Positions 38,401 through 51,432 of a stretch of DNA of 64,000 nt are shown here, piece after piece. The stretch comes from Phoronis australis (lineage: Eukaryota > Animalia > Phoronida), in NCBI GenBank assembly GCA_002633005.1, contig NMRA01000147.1:543988-607987 (forward strand), read 5' to 3'. Under the pieces are notes generated by a model. The model saw nothing but the letters and a program-made list of their open reading frames with translations. It was not told where the DNA came from and did not search any database. The first letter of the stretch is position 1. The number at the start of each line of letters is the position of its first letter. The position numbers were made by a program, and so were the translations under genes.

Positions 38401-41400
38401 AGAGTGCAAAAATGCTCACTGACTTGTTCATTACGTTTGCAGTAAACAAACAGAAAAAATGAAGTTCACACGATTACAGTGAGCCAGCGAAAGATGTGTA
38501 GTTGTCAAGTGATGCACTTTCATTGGCTGCCAAAGGTAATCAGCAATGCACTTCGCTCACCTAGCAAACATGATGTACGGATTTATGCAAGCAAGGCAAA
38601 AGAATGCCACCAAGTGAGACATTCGCATCATCGCCTTGTGAGGCAAAATTCTGATGGCTCATTTTGCTCCAGATGTGAGCTATGAGCCGAGCTAATTTTC
38701 TTCGAGGCACGTAACTCTTCATTCGAATTATAAATAATAATAAATTAGTCAGAATTGTACCATACACTTTTGATGCAAAAACAAATTAACATTGTGAAGT
38801 CTAATTAAAAACAACAGCAGAAGTCAACTATGAGGTAATGAAGCACAATGTCAAACTGCGTACAATAAAGAAGTCTGTGTACTACCTTGATCATCATCGT
38901 CACTGACACCAATGGTGAACTCGCACTTATTTCTGTAGTTTTCCAGCACAGGCTGAAAGTTAGCATAGACGAAGGGAAGTCAATTTAATAGAATTTGAAA
39001 CTGGTTATGAACAAATGCTGTCAAGATTTGAGCCTTCCAATCAATGAGCTATAATTATGACTGTTGATATTACCCACTGTTAAATTTAGCACTAAAATTC
39101 TCTTATTGAATGGAAAGAGTGGAATTACAAACGAATGTAATCATCATACAACGCGTAAACCATTCCTTCTTAAGGGTAACGCTGTACTAACAGCAATGCC
39201 CAGAAATCTGACAAACTTTGGACCAAGCTGAAGTGAACTTCATGGAATTTCTTAGTGGTAAGATGGTTAAGTATTGAGAACACTTAAAGGTGAAGGCAAC
39301 CTTTCTTCATGTCATTTTTATTAAAAATAAGGTTCATTGAATATCACAGACATATTTTTCAGTTACTTGCAGCTTTTTGTAATTTAAACAATTACTCATC
39401 CTCAACTCTGGATTTGACATTTTGGGTGGCAAGAATTTCGAGCCAATTTCTTTTCATATAGTCTGACTGTGAGAGCTGCCGTGTCAGTCATTCTTCTATC
39501 TGAGTTGTGATAAGTTTGGATGTCGTTTGCTTTTGTTTACGAGTCAGTCAACATGCCACACTGCTAGCCTAATGGGTACCGGGATGTAATTATTATCGTC
39601 TCACGGACAGAGGAATAACCGTCCCACTTGCCCGATTGTCCCGCGACACACTCCCACTTGATAGTGACCTGAGCACACAAACTGCTTACATCCCGCCGTG
39701 TGACACCCTCGCCACACACCTAGCACCTTCTAAATAGCTCCAATACTTCAGACAAGTCCTCAATAAACTTATCAAAGTTTGGCTCACCATTCTGTTCATT
39801 GAACGACGAACTGTCCTCTTCACTGGGTGTCGAACTGAGCCTGTATTCACTCTCACTACTCAACATTGCAGCAGGGCTGCTTACAGGCTCCGGGCGATAA
39901 TGAGTACATACCCGTACGCAGCAACAGTTTGGTATGTTGACTGACTCGTAAACAAAAGCAAACGACGACCGAATTTATCGCAACCGAGGTAGATCAATGA
40001 CTGACTCGACAGCTCTCACAGTCAGACTATATGAAAAGAAATTAGCGCCAAATTCTTGCCTCCCACAACATCACTTCCAGAGTAGAGAACGAATAATTAA
40101 TTAAATTACAAAAAGCTGTAATTAAGTGAAAAATATGTCTGAGATAATCAATGAATCTCATTTTTGCTAAAAATGACATGAAAAAAGGTTGCCTCCGTCT
40201 TTAATGTTCTTAAGCTTCAATACAGCCATACTGCGCAATCCCAAAAGATGCTCCAAATATGTCCAGAAGATACATATCAGTAGAGATGACCTCTAAGTAG
40301 GTATCCATTATTAAGTATCAGTCAAAGAGAAAATGAATTTGAATTTAACTCACTGAAGGTTTGACATCCTCAAGAGGGCAACACAGGTCGCTATTCAGTT
40401 TCCTGGAATACAGGACACATAGACACAATCAAAATGACATTGAAAATATATCCACTCGACAAATTAAGCTGGTTCCACCAAAATTTGGAGGTTTAGAACA
40501 GATGCAGAATGCAATATTTTTTTCTCATCATTTTTCAAAAAAACTTCATCTGGTAAAGAAGAAAAAAATCAAGAAAGTCCATTTTCAAGAGGCCAGTTCC
40601 CTGGTAATTTAGGAAAAAATCATAAAACTACAATAAAATGTGAAATAGTTACATTTGCAAATAAGACAACAAAACACAATGGACACAATTACACACCTGC
40701 TTTCAGCAAGCCATTTTCTGGCATCTTTATTTTGTTTGTCGATTTCCTTAGTAAGCCTTTTCATAAACACCACCATGTCTTCCTGCTTTTTCTTCAAAAC
40801 ACAATATAAAGTAGAGTCTTCCAATGATTGATAACTTTGAAAAATAATATCAATTTCAATTTATTAAATGTGCTTTGAGAACTCATTTTAAAATATGAGT
40901 AAGGCCAGTTTTATACAGGTAAGCATTTTGCCATTAAATCACTGAGGTTAGACGCATTACGTTTTCATAATCTAACCATAATTTACAAGTGTTGCTACAA
41001 GTAGGGCAGACATACGTAGACAAAACATGTCACATTAATTTCAAATGATGGCAAAACCATGCAAAGCATGAAATGTTACCACCCACTATGACCTTCTATT
41101 GCATGTGAAACAAAACGCTTGGGAACCACCAATTCAAGTGTGGCACCACAGCCAAAACTAAGTGTTTGCAATTTCAATACACTCTACATGTTACGACAGA
41201 GCATTAAATCCTTATTTAGCTCACAGAGTAGTGTATCTAGTACAGAAGCAACCAATACTGAGCTCTTTAACAGAGCTGAAGGTCCACCGGAGGACTTTTC
41301 ACCACTTGGTGAAATGGACGTAAACCAAAAGAATGGGATGAAAATTTTTGTTCAGTGTGTTGGTACTTACCAAATCAAATTCCTTTGACATGCTTAGAAA

Positions 41401-44400
41401 ACCGCAAACGACCTTAACGGTTATATTTCACCTCTTTTTACCTTGCTCTAGCAACAATGAATCAAATTGTCTGTCCTTAGTTTTTTACCTAATGACGTCA
41501 TGTAGTGACCTGAATGCAGCCAATGAGCCCAGTGAATGCAATTAGTTCACGAGTTCACACTCGTTAGGTAGCTTAAAAATTAATGGCGGAGTGACAAGCG
41601 AAAAGTGAAAAAGTCGAATCTGAGTGTAAGTTCTTTTAAAGGGCTTGGTTTCCATGCAGTTATATTTGCTGTATTGTTTCTCACAATAAATGCGTTAACA
41701 TAATCGCAATTTCGACGCTTGGGTGTTAATGTTTGACATGCAATTCGAGTGCAATGTGTGTGGGCACTTGATTCTATACTTTCACTGAGTGGATATCCAA
41801 CCCTATATAAATTTAAGGGTTGGTTTACCGATTAGTACAGATAAGACTTTACAAACCTTCAACTGGCTTTCATACGGTACTGCCCACAATGGTGCCACCA
41901 CATTCTTCAACCTGAACAAAACAATTACTCTGTTAACAAAGAGCGCTGTAAAAAGCAATAACTAAAAACATGTTTTTGTATGTTTCTGGAAGAATCCCAC
42001 TCTTCGGCCTCTTTATTTTTTAGATATCGCGCTTTGAAAAGGACAATTTACCCCGTTTGTTTACCTGGCAATTAGTGACTAGTCATACTCTCCAATATGG
42101 CGTCAAGTTGTCAGCTGCAGTAGCCTGTGCGCCCGGTCTATAGTATTTAGATGTCTATGGCGCAGGGATATTCCTGGACTGCGCCTTTGTGCCATTAGTG
42201 CATAAAAAACAAAAAGGTGCAAGTACGTTGCAGCAGTGCGCCTGGACGGCACATTCTTTAAAACCCAATGTTCTTCCAAAAATGTAAGATTCCACTCAAC
42301 TTACATTTGTACACCCAGTCGGATAAAACAAAATTCAGTTCTTATTATGATTGCACATGTGGTTTCTGTTACTGCTTCAGTAACTCTAACTCTGCCGGGT
42401 ACAACGTTCTGAAAAAAGGCACGCTTTTGATCAGGAGGTGTGTACAAAGGGCGCATGTTCAAACCTGGTCAGGAGTATTCCTGTATCCAACAGGAATACA
42501 CTAAGAAAAAAATACTAAAACAACTTATAAGCTGTGCGATTACAGCATACCTTTCTTCCAGTGGGAGGTCTTGCTCAATTTTTTGTTTCTTTGAAGCTGA
42601 AAGAAAAGTGATTCACACTATAACTACAAAAGGTTTGAAGCAAAATAGTTCAAACTGCTTACCACAATTTTTTCTCCCCACGAGCTTGTGAAAATGTGTT
42701 AAAAAATGGTACACTAAGCTAAACCTCAAATAATTCACATGTGTGATACAATCTAAAAAGGCCAACTGCAAAATATGTAAAAAATATAACCTCGACTTCC
42801 ATCGATTGTCTTGTTTTAGTCATCACGATGTCTTAGTGGTGGTTCTAATAATGACTTCAAATAATTTTTGATGCCTGAAAACCAGGACTACATGCCAATA
42901 ACAACTTGACATAACCTTTGATACCTGTAAAACCAGGACAACTCTCCTCTTTTCGCTTGCGAGCAATTGGATCTTCACAGGCACTAGCATACTGAAACAA
43001 ATAACATTTTAATAGATGGCAATACGGATAAATTACAAAATGCACAAATAATGTAAAATATAATTTTCCTCAAAACAAAAGACATTTATTTAATAATAAT
43101 TATCGTTTGGACTTTCAGGCATTCAATTTGCTAACATAATACAAATATATACAGATATGCCTATTCTTATTTTAATTTTACCTTTTAATATTTTATTTCC
43201 CAAAGTGATAAAAAGAACTTGAAAATAAATGCATGATTGTAACACAACAAAACAAAAACAACATGTAGACACACATGCACGCACGCACACACACACACGT
43301 CTCCAATCCAGACTGTCTTAGAAAAATATCTAAATACCTGTGAATGCCCATATGGCAGTGCCATCTATTGGTTACAATGTTACATCACTGATTTAAGTAT
43401 CAGTTCCCAATATGTGTACATATTATGGTAGAAACTACTTAAGTTTGGGTCACACATTTCTCAAGATAATTTGTATGCTTTAGAACCGCTTGCATGGTGT
43501 AGCTATTACCATAAAGCATTTGGTAAAATTCTGAGCATTTTCAAGAATGCGGTAAGCAACTGAAAAATAGGGCGCAATTTTTGCAATAATTTATCGCAAA
43601 TTGAATGATTTTTAACCACAAGTAAAATGGTCTGTGACACCCCAGTAGATGGATTCCCTTGGTCTTCTTCTTCGTCTAGTCTCGTGCCACATTCACTATC
43701 AATTATTTTTTTTTCATTTTCCCAGACAATCACATGATTGCCCCTTTCCAGAACACCAATATTGAGAGAAATCGTGATGGCAGTTTAAAAGCTACCTGTG
43801 ATTGACTGGGGAAAATGTAAAAACACTCAGCTTCCGAAAACTTCTCTCGTTCAAGGTAAATTTCCTGGATTGGATTACCCGGTATTAAAATTTCTACGGT
43901 TAACTGTAATCTCATCATGAAATCCTGATGAAACTGTTAAGTGACATGGTGTTAACACTTTCTCATGAAAACATTCAGTGATATCCTTTCACCATATTGT
44001 GGATCCAGCTCAACCAGAAGTGCAGCTTGCTCCTTCGACAGGGACTCCAACAGAATTTGAGAAGTGGCGGTCCAAATTTGTGAGACTGACGAGTCGCGCG
44101 AAGCGCTATTCTGAGACACGCAGCAGCGAAGGGGGTTTCCCCCTCCCACTGAGGGAAAATTATAATTTATGTAAAAAGGTCAGTTTCCTTGCAATCACTG
44201 TGTGAATTTTTTTTCAAAGGACGTCAAAGAAGGAAATTAAACAAACATTAAAAAGTTTGCTCCATTCAGGATGTAAGAATCGAGACTGCAAAAATCAAGG
44301 TCTAAAATCTTTTTGTAATATTATTATATTAATTCTGTAGAGTTGCGTGTTAGACAGATAATACCCAGCTTGACTTCAGAACTGAATGTACCTTGAAGCC

Positions 44401-47400
44401 CTCAAAACAGAAGTTATTATTTTAATGCAGTTGACGAAGATAATTAATTAAAATTATGAGAAAACAATGAAGTTGCATTTGAAAGGACATGAAGAAATAT
44501 ATCCTCGAGTACATGTGTCTACGTTTCATTACACCACACAATACGGCAATTCATAAGTCTGTAGTGAACACTAAACACATATCCTCTGCAAATTCAACTC
44601 AACCTCACCAGCGCTCGACACAGGCATAAATCTATGCTCGAAAATAGGAGTGACTGCATATTTGCATTCGCACTTGGGCACTCGGACTTGGCGTCATATA
44701 AGATGACGACCAAGAAAAAAGTCGGACTCAGTGTTTGAATGTGGTGCTTGTATTTTTACATTTTCTAATCGTTTTTCTGAGCGCTTTACTCGCAAATTTG
44801 AAGTTGCCTTGAGTGGTGCCTTGGCGGCACTGGTCGGATACAGCAGAATCACTGAATAACAGCTGGTTATTCAGTGGATGAAACTGGTTCTCAAAATCAG
44901 GGACTGCTATATCCAACCAGTGCCGAGTTTCGCTTTGGGCATCGTCAGTTGTAGCCAGGACATCGCAGTTGTTAGCGTCTTCTGCAGAGGATAGTACATT
45001 TATGCTTTGTTGAAATTGACCCTTACCAGGTCCAAAGTCAATCACGGTCTTTCATACTACGCTACAACAAATTTATCCTTAAAAAAGCATTCTTAACTCA
45101 CAGTTTAAGCGTGTGGCAAAGGAAACTCAAATCGCCAAATTATCATGGAATTCCGCAAAAATTGAACTATTTTGAGGCTTTTACTTTCATGTTCAAATAG
45201 TCATTGAATACGTGACCAACATTATACGAAACATTTCATTTTTTCGCATGAAGTTTGCACCGGGCAGATTTTTCATAAGTTTTTCATTCATTTGTTCGAG
45301 TCCCAATGGAACAGTGTGAACAAATTAAGGAAGTTTGCGTCGACTTTTATCTGGTTAGCATGTTCAACAACACTGATGGCATTTGTACGGCAGGTCAGTC
45401 CTAGAATTTTTTTCAACGTGTACGTTTCCTATCTCAAGTAGACTGCTGCGATGATTACACTTCAAGATTGCCACTTCAATTTCCGCATCGGCAACTGGCA
45501 TTAGAGGTATGGCAAATCTTTTGAACTTCAGGTCTGTATATTTCATTTCAAAGATTAATTGTTTATGAAAGGGTAGTTAGCGCTGGATGCAATATTTTTC
45601 AACACTCACAATGTGGGGGATTCCGTATGAGATCACCCTGACATCACACAACAGGAAGGTATTCCCCCCAAAAACATGGCAGTTAGTATTTGCTAATCGT
45701 CATTTTGATATTTATAGTAAAAATAAATGGTAATATTCACTAATGTCGAATTATTTTTGAATATTCATAGAACTAAAACAATGGACCGTAGGTTTCCATA
45801 AAATTTATCAATCATAAAATTAATGTTAAAATTTTTTGTTTAGCCGTCCTTTTCGCCGAGGTTGTCTGGAAATAAGTCGTCTTTTTTCTACCTTGTCCAT
45901 GCGGTCCAAACCTGCTAGATGAATCCGTGTTCCTCAAAGTAACAATTTTATAAAAATAGGCACCTTTTTATTTACAGATAATTTGCTGAGCAACTTTAGT
46001 TCTAACCAGATATAAATCAGCATTCATGTTGAATTGAATATCTGGCTGAAAATCCTTCTGACTCCAGTTAGATACAAAAAATCAACATCTTTATCATCAG
46101 CATAAAACGTCGCTTTACAAAACACGAAAGCAGCAGACGTTAGTGGAAATAAATTGATCAACATAAAACAAACAGAAGTCGAGTGTTGAAGGTAATCACC
46201 AAGAGATGCCAAAGAAGAAAATATTCCTCAAGAGATTTTGTTGGCGTTTACTTGAAGACTGAAACTTCTGAATGCCCTGAGCCTCACCTTTGCCTTCAGA
46301 ACACACCCCTTCCACTTGTGTCCGTCCAGAACCTCCAGGGCCTTCTTGCGATCCTCATCGTTCCTACATGGACACCCCGTAACAACATGACATATGCTTT
46401 GAGGAGATATCTCCATAATTGAACTCAGTAATTCTCCCAAAAATTAGACTCTGCTCGACTCTGACAAGGATGCATGGCCCGCTGGTTCCTTAGTTTGTGC
46501 ACTCATTGTACTTTGCCTTACATGGACGACATATCTCAGCACTAATGAACAGTTGTTCAATAAATATAGACAATGAAAACAGACAGAGAAATGTTACTGT
46601 GGACCTATAAACACATGACTGCAAATTAAGAAGTTATAACTATCTAGTACGTAATAATTCATTTTCACACACGTCTACAATCTTCGTTACCAAGTTAATG
46701 TATACAATATAAACCTGAATGTCACGTAGACATAGTTCGACTTATTGCCAGTTCCCTTCACCTTCACTGGATCAAGCTTTAAACTTCGTATCCTTTTTCT
46801 TAAAACCTGAAAAAACGTTCAAATGAAGCTATACCTACACAGACGACTTGGAGAAAAAATTCAAGATCTTTTTCCTGGTGAATGCTGCGAGAATGCTGTA
46901 CAAGCCGTGACTATTCATTCCCCAAGTTGGCAGTCACTCCTAGGCCTTCAAGTAAGCCGAGTGGTGCTACATTGGCAAAGATTACGCATTCTAGCGCATC
47001 ATTAAAATCTAAAGATTCTGTCTCAGGTGACCAACATGCGTTACTTGTATCAGCTTCCACATAACCTACTAGTAATCTTTAAGGCTATGTAGGCCTTGTC
47101 GACGACTTTGAGCAATGAGCAAATCATCTCAAAAATTATAGATTTAAACAAACAAGTGGAAGTATTAATTTTCTGAGAGTACAAAGCCTTTGATTTTTTA
47201 CTTTTTATCAATTTGTTACCAATGGGTCATGTGACCATTCCTTTTTCAAGAAATTAAGAAAAAACGAAAGTCACATTGATAGCAAAACAATAATATCAAT
47301 AACATGATAAAAGGTTAGTTTAGTTGGCATAAATGATCAAGGCGAGATATCAAAAACACTGTTACAGTTTTCTAAACTATCATTTTGTTTCTGTTTTGTG

Positions 47401-48824
47401 CCATTTTAAAGAGTCTGACTTTTCACGAATATCATAAAAACCCTATTTTTATACAAGTCATCCTTATAAATGCAAAAGTGGGGCACTTTAAGAACAATTG
47501 CGAACTGCATTTTTGAGTATAGTGCATAAGGCATATTATCTGAAAGTTTTGTATGAATCCAATCAATCGTATTTAAGATATGATGGTTCAACGTCAGTCA
47601 AATTTGGTCATTTTATATAAGGTCCTACATAACCTTTGTTGATGAGAGAGCCTAGAAAGACTTCCTCTGGAAGTTCATTAATCTTGCTTGTGACAGTTAC
47701 TGGTCCGGTCAAAAATGTAGAACCAAAATAGCTATGAGCGTGTAGGGCTGGGATAATATTAGGAGTGCGCCCAGCGCCATTGTGGCAAAAATAATTTCAT
47801 TGACGCGCTGCAATTGGTTCACTTGGGCCAACAAGTCCATCAAAATTGGAATGAAAAAAGTCCAATAGGTCAATAGGTCCACCAAATTGGTCCTTAGTCT
47901 TGTGGGTCAATTCCAACAATATCCCCAGTTTTCTAAAATAATCGCTGGAATGGTCACGCCTCACGTTGGTTTGTCAATTATATTAAAACTTACCCAAATG
48001 ACATCAGATGACTTATTTGACTAGATGGGGAATTGTTTTGGTGTAGATGTAGAGTACAATAAAGTGCACCGTTTCCAATCAGTGTTCAATACTTAACATA
48101 ACGTGAACGTGCCGAAATGGCATGTAAGCTTTCTAAAACAAAGACACCTGGCAATTGAAACCACTCCGGCTATTATCTTGGGTCAAATGGAGACAAAGGG
48201 ATATATCACGTAAATAAAGTTAATTAGGCTCCTATCTGAAGTTGCAATGAGGGTGTCAGAATGATTTACCAAAACAAATGATAATTGAAAACCAAAGGTA
48301 AGTATTTTATTTGGGAAATTTTCATAAATTGTTAAAGTTTGGAAGTTACCACCATTTTGAAAACAAGTTATGGGTCAATTCTTATTTGCCCGATTTCTTC
48401 CGAACTGGTGGCGAATTTCTATCTGGTCAGCCAACAAAATCTGAGGTCGCATTGTTGAGCTGCAGTTCGTCAAACCAAGATCTGAACAGAAGAAAAGCTA
48501 AAATCGTGAACTTACTCCTAATCCAAAGTGTCTTGGTAAATTTCTCACTTCAATCTTGAATATTTCTGATGTGAAAAGATTCTGCTTTTTATCAAAGATA
48601 TCGTCATTCTCGACATCATCCCCATTGTCATTGTCACCATCTGATCCATCATCATGATGCTCCATTTTATTTCTGTTGCAGTTAGCATCACCACTTCCAC
48701 TAGAGACACTTCCCATTTCACCACAGACAACAGGGTCACTCCCTTGTACTTCATCATGGCACTGCTCTTTCAAGCAGGAGTCCCCTGATTCACCCATATC
48801 GTTATATTTCACCTCTTCATTCAT
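29434..48824 (-). CDS. TRMT2A: tRNA (uracil-5-)-methyltransferase homolog A, 18 coding exons, ~624 aa
   Basis: Exons (minus): 48824-48516, 46806-46715, 46363-46288, 42991-42925, 42596-42551, 41911-41857, 40791-40697, 40402-40354, 38952-38886, 38170-38064, 37167-37021, 36614-36511, 35586-35474, 34763-34642, 33234-33159, 31674-31558, 30984-30888, 29569-29434. All are GT-AG and phase-consistent (1875 nt). Motifs: RRM FKIEVRNLP, PLWAVPYE.QL, YRNKCEF, FRISPDAFFQTNT, LDVCCGTGTIG, VDPPRPGL, YVSCNP, VDMFPHTKHCE. Confidence 0.95.
29600..30720 (+). repeat. Degenerate tandem array (~400-bp period) in the last TRMT2A intron
   Basis: Recurrent gaaacacat.tgccaaatttcacaaagat.ctgcaa (~29810, 30198, 30643) and atttc.tgaaaa.c..tcaagga (~30103, 30513). 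Confidence 0.55.
35530..35940 (-). repeat. Tandem ~105-123-bp duplications of a TRMT2A intron/exon-13 junction (4 units)
   Basis: The unit tctccccacagccactctacagggtgctcactctgacctcccatagctctggataacag recurs at ~35538, 35661, 35784 and 35877. Only the first unit belongs to the real exon. Confidence 0.8.
39288..40200 (-). mobile_element. Second, internally deleted copy of the Kolobok-like THAP element (opposite orientation) in a TRMT2A intron
   Basis: TTAA at 39284-39287 and 40201-40204; same ~300-bp TIRs as 10109-11448. The interior is the reverse complement of ~10850-11150 and lacks the ~10415-10850 THAP core. Confidence 0.82.
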
Positions 48825-50554
48825 GGTTTAACGTCAACAGTGTTTCTTCTCTGTAATTCTGCTGAGCCTTCAAATAAACAAAAACACGTCAGAATAATTA
48901 GGTCGCACGTTTTTCGGTGTCACCTAGGATTTTGGCCCGGTCGCCAAATTAGACTTCATCTTCACTTGGTGTTTAGCTAAGCTGGTTTCTGGCTGGCGAC
49001 CCATGAGCGTGTCTGTATTCAGTTCAACACAAAGTCACAACTAGGCAATTTAAATTGCCTGTGGTCGCCGGAGGCATCCATAGCGTACCCCTATAAAAAA
49101 TACTCATTTCAAAATACGACAAATAACATCGATCCGAACACGTCGAATGAAATGCCAGGACGTCAGTCGCTGTCTTACAGCTGCGTACGCGATTACATCG
49201 CCCTGGCAGCTGCAGGCATACAGGGCAGTGTTCTCCACAATCTGTTTTTACTCAACACGGTAACGAGTTTGGATTTTGCCACGTCGAGTTCAGGGAAAGC
49301 GAGTCAAGTTTAAAAATTGCCACACCAGGTTTAAAACTTTGTTTTGACTGGCTTGGTACCTCAGCCCTCAGCACCTAATCAGCCTGATTTTACCAACAGT
49401 AAACATAGTTCTCTTTACTAAGTCAGTTGACAGTACCGTATTCGCCCTAATATGACACCTGGAGTGCTTAGTAAAATTCGTTTCAGGGTGAGGCACTTAT
49501 TGAATATTTGTAACCCAAAGGCGGTTGAAACACAGTCTCCAAAACGGGTGAAATCGGATGCTAAGATTCATCAAATTTACGCTACGTGATGTATCTGTAG
49601 CCTATGACAGTCTTTCTACAAAATGGTGGCGCATTGCTATCAAATTTCTTTGTTAAATTACGATCATTTTACAGAAAATTGTACTGAAATCCCTGGGCGA
49701 AAACTCGGTAATGCGCCGGCAGTCGCTGCCTCGCAATCATCGACAGAGCAGCTTGAATAAAAATATAGTTTCGATTCAACAAATTACCTGAAATCCTCAC
49801 TTAAGTTTTCCAAATAGCGACCTTAAGTCTAAGATTTTAAGTTGCTGTGGAGTTGGTATTAAGAACACATAGGCGGATTTAGGGGGGGGCCCAGGGGGCC
49901 GGGCCCCCCCCCCTTGGCTGCCACAAAAAATAAAACAGCAAGAGCGTAGGGAAATGTTGAGTTTATTAATAATTAACCCCGGTAATTAAAATTATACGGA
50001 TGAAACAAGATTTATTGTGTGCACTTTTAGTGTTGGGGGGGACTCAGGTCCAATTTCAAGTGTCAAATTCGGAACACGGCGCATTCCTAACAGAACTATG
50101 GCTAAGTATAGTCTCTCCAGCGATATCCCAGGCGACCGGCAGTGGCGCTGCGCACTACGACCCCGTTTCCGTCGTCTGCTCCACTGTGCTATGAAGAAAA
50201 TTTGCTTCATTTTTTAAAGAAAATGGAACCTGAGTGACGATGAAAAAACAGAAGCTGCTGGTAAGATGTGAATTTTAATCGAAGCCTTAGTGAATCACTC
50301 AGAAACTCATTAATTCTCTCTTTGTCAAACCTTAACTTAAGACGATTTCCAAAGCAATCCCGTAATTATTGCCAACACGAAAAACGGATTTGGTCTTTTG
50401 GGCATTTGAAGACTATTTTAAATACAACAAATTTGTTAAGAACCGATTACACAAAATATAAAACGTGTAATAAGCACTACAAAAAGAAGTAGATTTCGCG
50501 CGCAAACGCTGTGGACCATAAACAAGTAGGTTAGTTTCTTGTTTGTTAGTGAAG

Positions 50555-50822
50555 TCGTGGTGGTGTAGTGGTAAAGCACGCGTGTCCTATCATCCAGGTC
50601 GTGAGTTCGAGTCTGTGAAATTCGCAATTTTTCCTGAGTGACACGTTCTCCGTGTTTCTTTTTTTCTTTTTTTCTTGGATAACACATCAGAAATCAAGGA
50701 AAATGCTTGATTTTTAGAGGAAAAAACAGAAAAATTTCCTGGGCGGGAGGGGGGCAAACCCCCCCTCCTGACCTCCCCCCATTCGGTGCTGTGCGCAGTA
50801 ACAATCGTGGTTCGCGCAAATG
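50555..50822 (+). repeat. tRNA-like head plus body repeat (SINE/MITE composite); second copy at ~51690-51950
   Basis: A/B-box-like ggtgtagtggtaaagc...gagttcgagtc followed by tgacacgttctccg...aatcaaggaaaatgcttgatttttagagg...cctcccccattcggtgct, shared between the two copies. Confidence 0.6.
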
Positions 50823-51319
50823 CTTACAGCCGGAGAAAATGTTGGGCCCCCCCTTGTGATATCCTAGCTCCGCCACTGGACAATATAGGTTCAAATCTGC
50901 ACAACATGAGAACAATCTCTGGAAGAACACGCACGTCGTAGTCACGTGAAGAGCGTCTGCGTGTGTGAGTGAGCGAGCGCGTGCGTGTCATCAGCATTCA
51001 TTTGCCAGAATACATGGAGTGTAAGCCTAACTACTTAGGTATGCATTGTAACTAAAGAAATAACGCAACCAGTGTCACGAGAACTCGTTTTATTTAGCAC
51101 TTGCTGATCACATCTACTGTTAAAACCAGGGGCGGATCCAGGATTTTGAGTTGGAGGGGGGGGGCAGGGCACAGGAATAACCAGAATTTCGGCAGATGTG
51201 CGCACCCAGCCTAAAATATAGGGATGCAGAGGTCTCGAATTTTTGGGTTTGTGTAAACGGGGTTTGTTCAGGGCCTATGCATTGTTTATTCACCCCCCGA
51301 GCCCCCCTGGTTGCACGCA

Positions 51320-51432
51320 CAGTCGTTCTCAGCTTTTGATCGTCCCTAATACACTGCATATAATACTATATTGTTATATGTAGTATTATATGCAGTGTAT
51401 TTAGGGACGATCAGAAGCTGAGGATGCCTGTA
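51320..51432. mobile_element. Palindromic ~113-bp insertion with 10-bp flanking direct repeats
   Basis: ctcagcttttgatcgtccctaatacactgcatataatacta pairs with tagtattatatgcagtgtatttagggacgatcagaagctgag. GTTGCACGCA lies at 51310-51319 and 51433-51442. Confidence 0.7.

Noticed and set aside
43925-43975. CTGATGA hammerhead candidates (also 15190, 53144, 55248)
   Set aside because: No stem II closing directly onto GAAA with a proper cleavage triplet.
44728-45546. Minus-strand ORFs of 105 and 60 aa inside a TRMT2A intron
   Set aside because: No motif I can identify; possibly a decayed transposon.
50555-50625. Functional tRNA gene (also ~16210, ~20480, ~51690)
   Set aside because: A/B-box-like motifs are present but the acceptor and anticodon stems do not pair convincingly; these are more likely tRNA-derived repeats.
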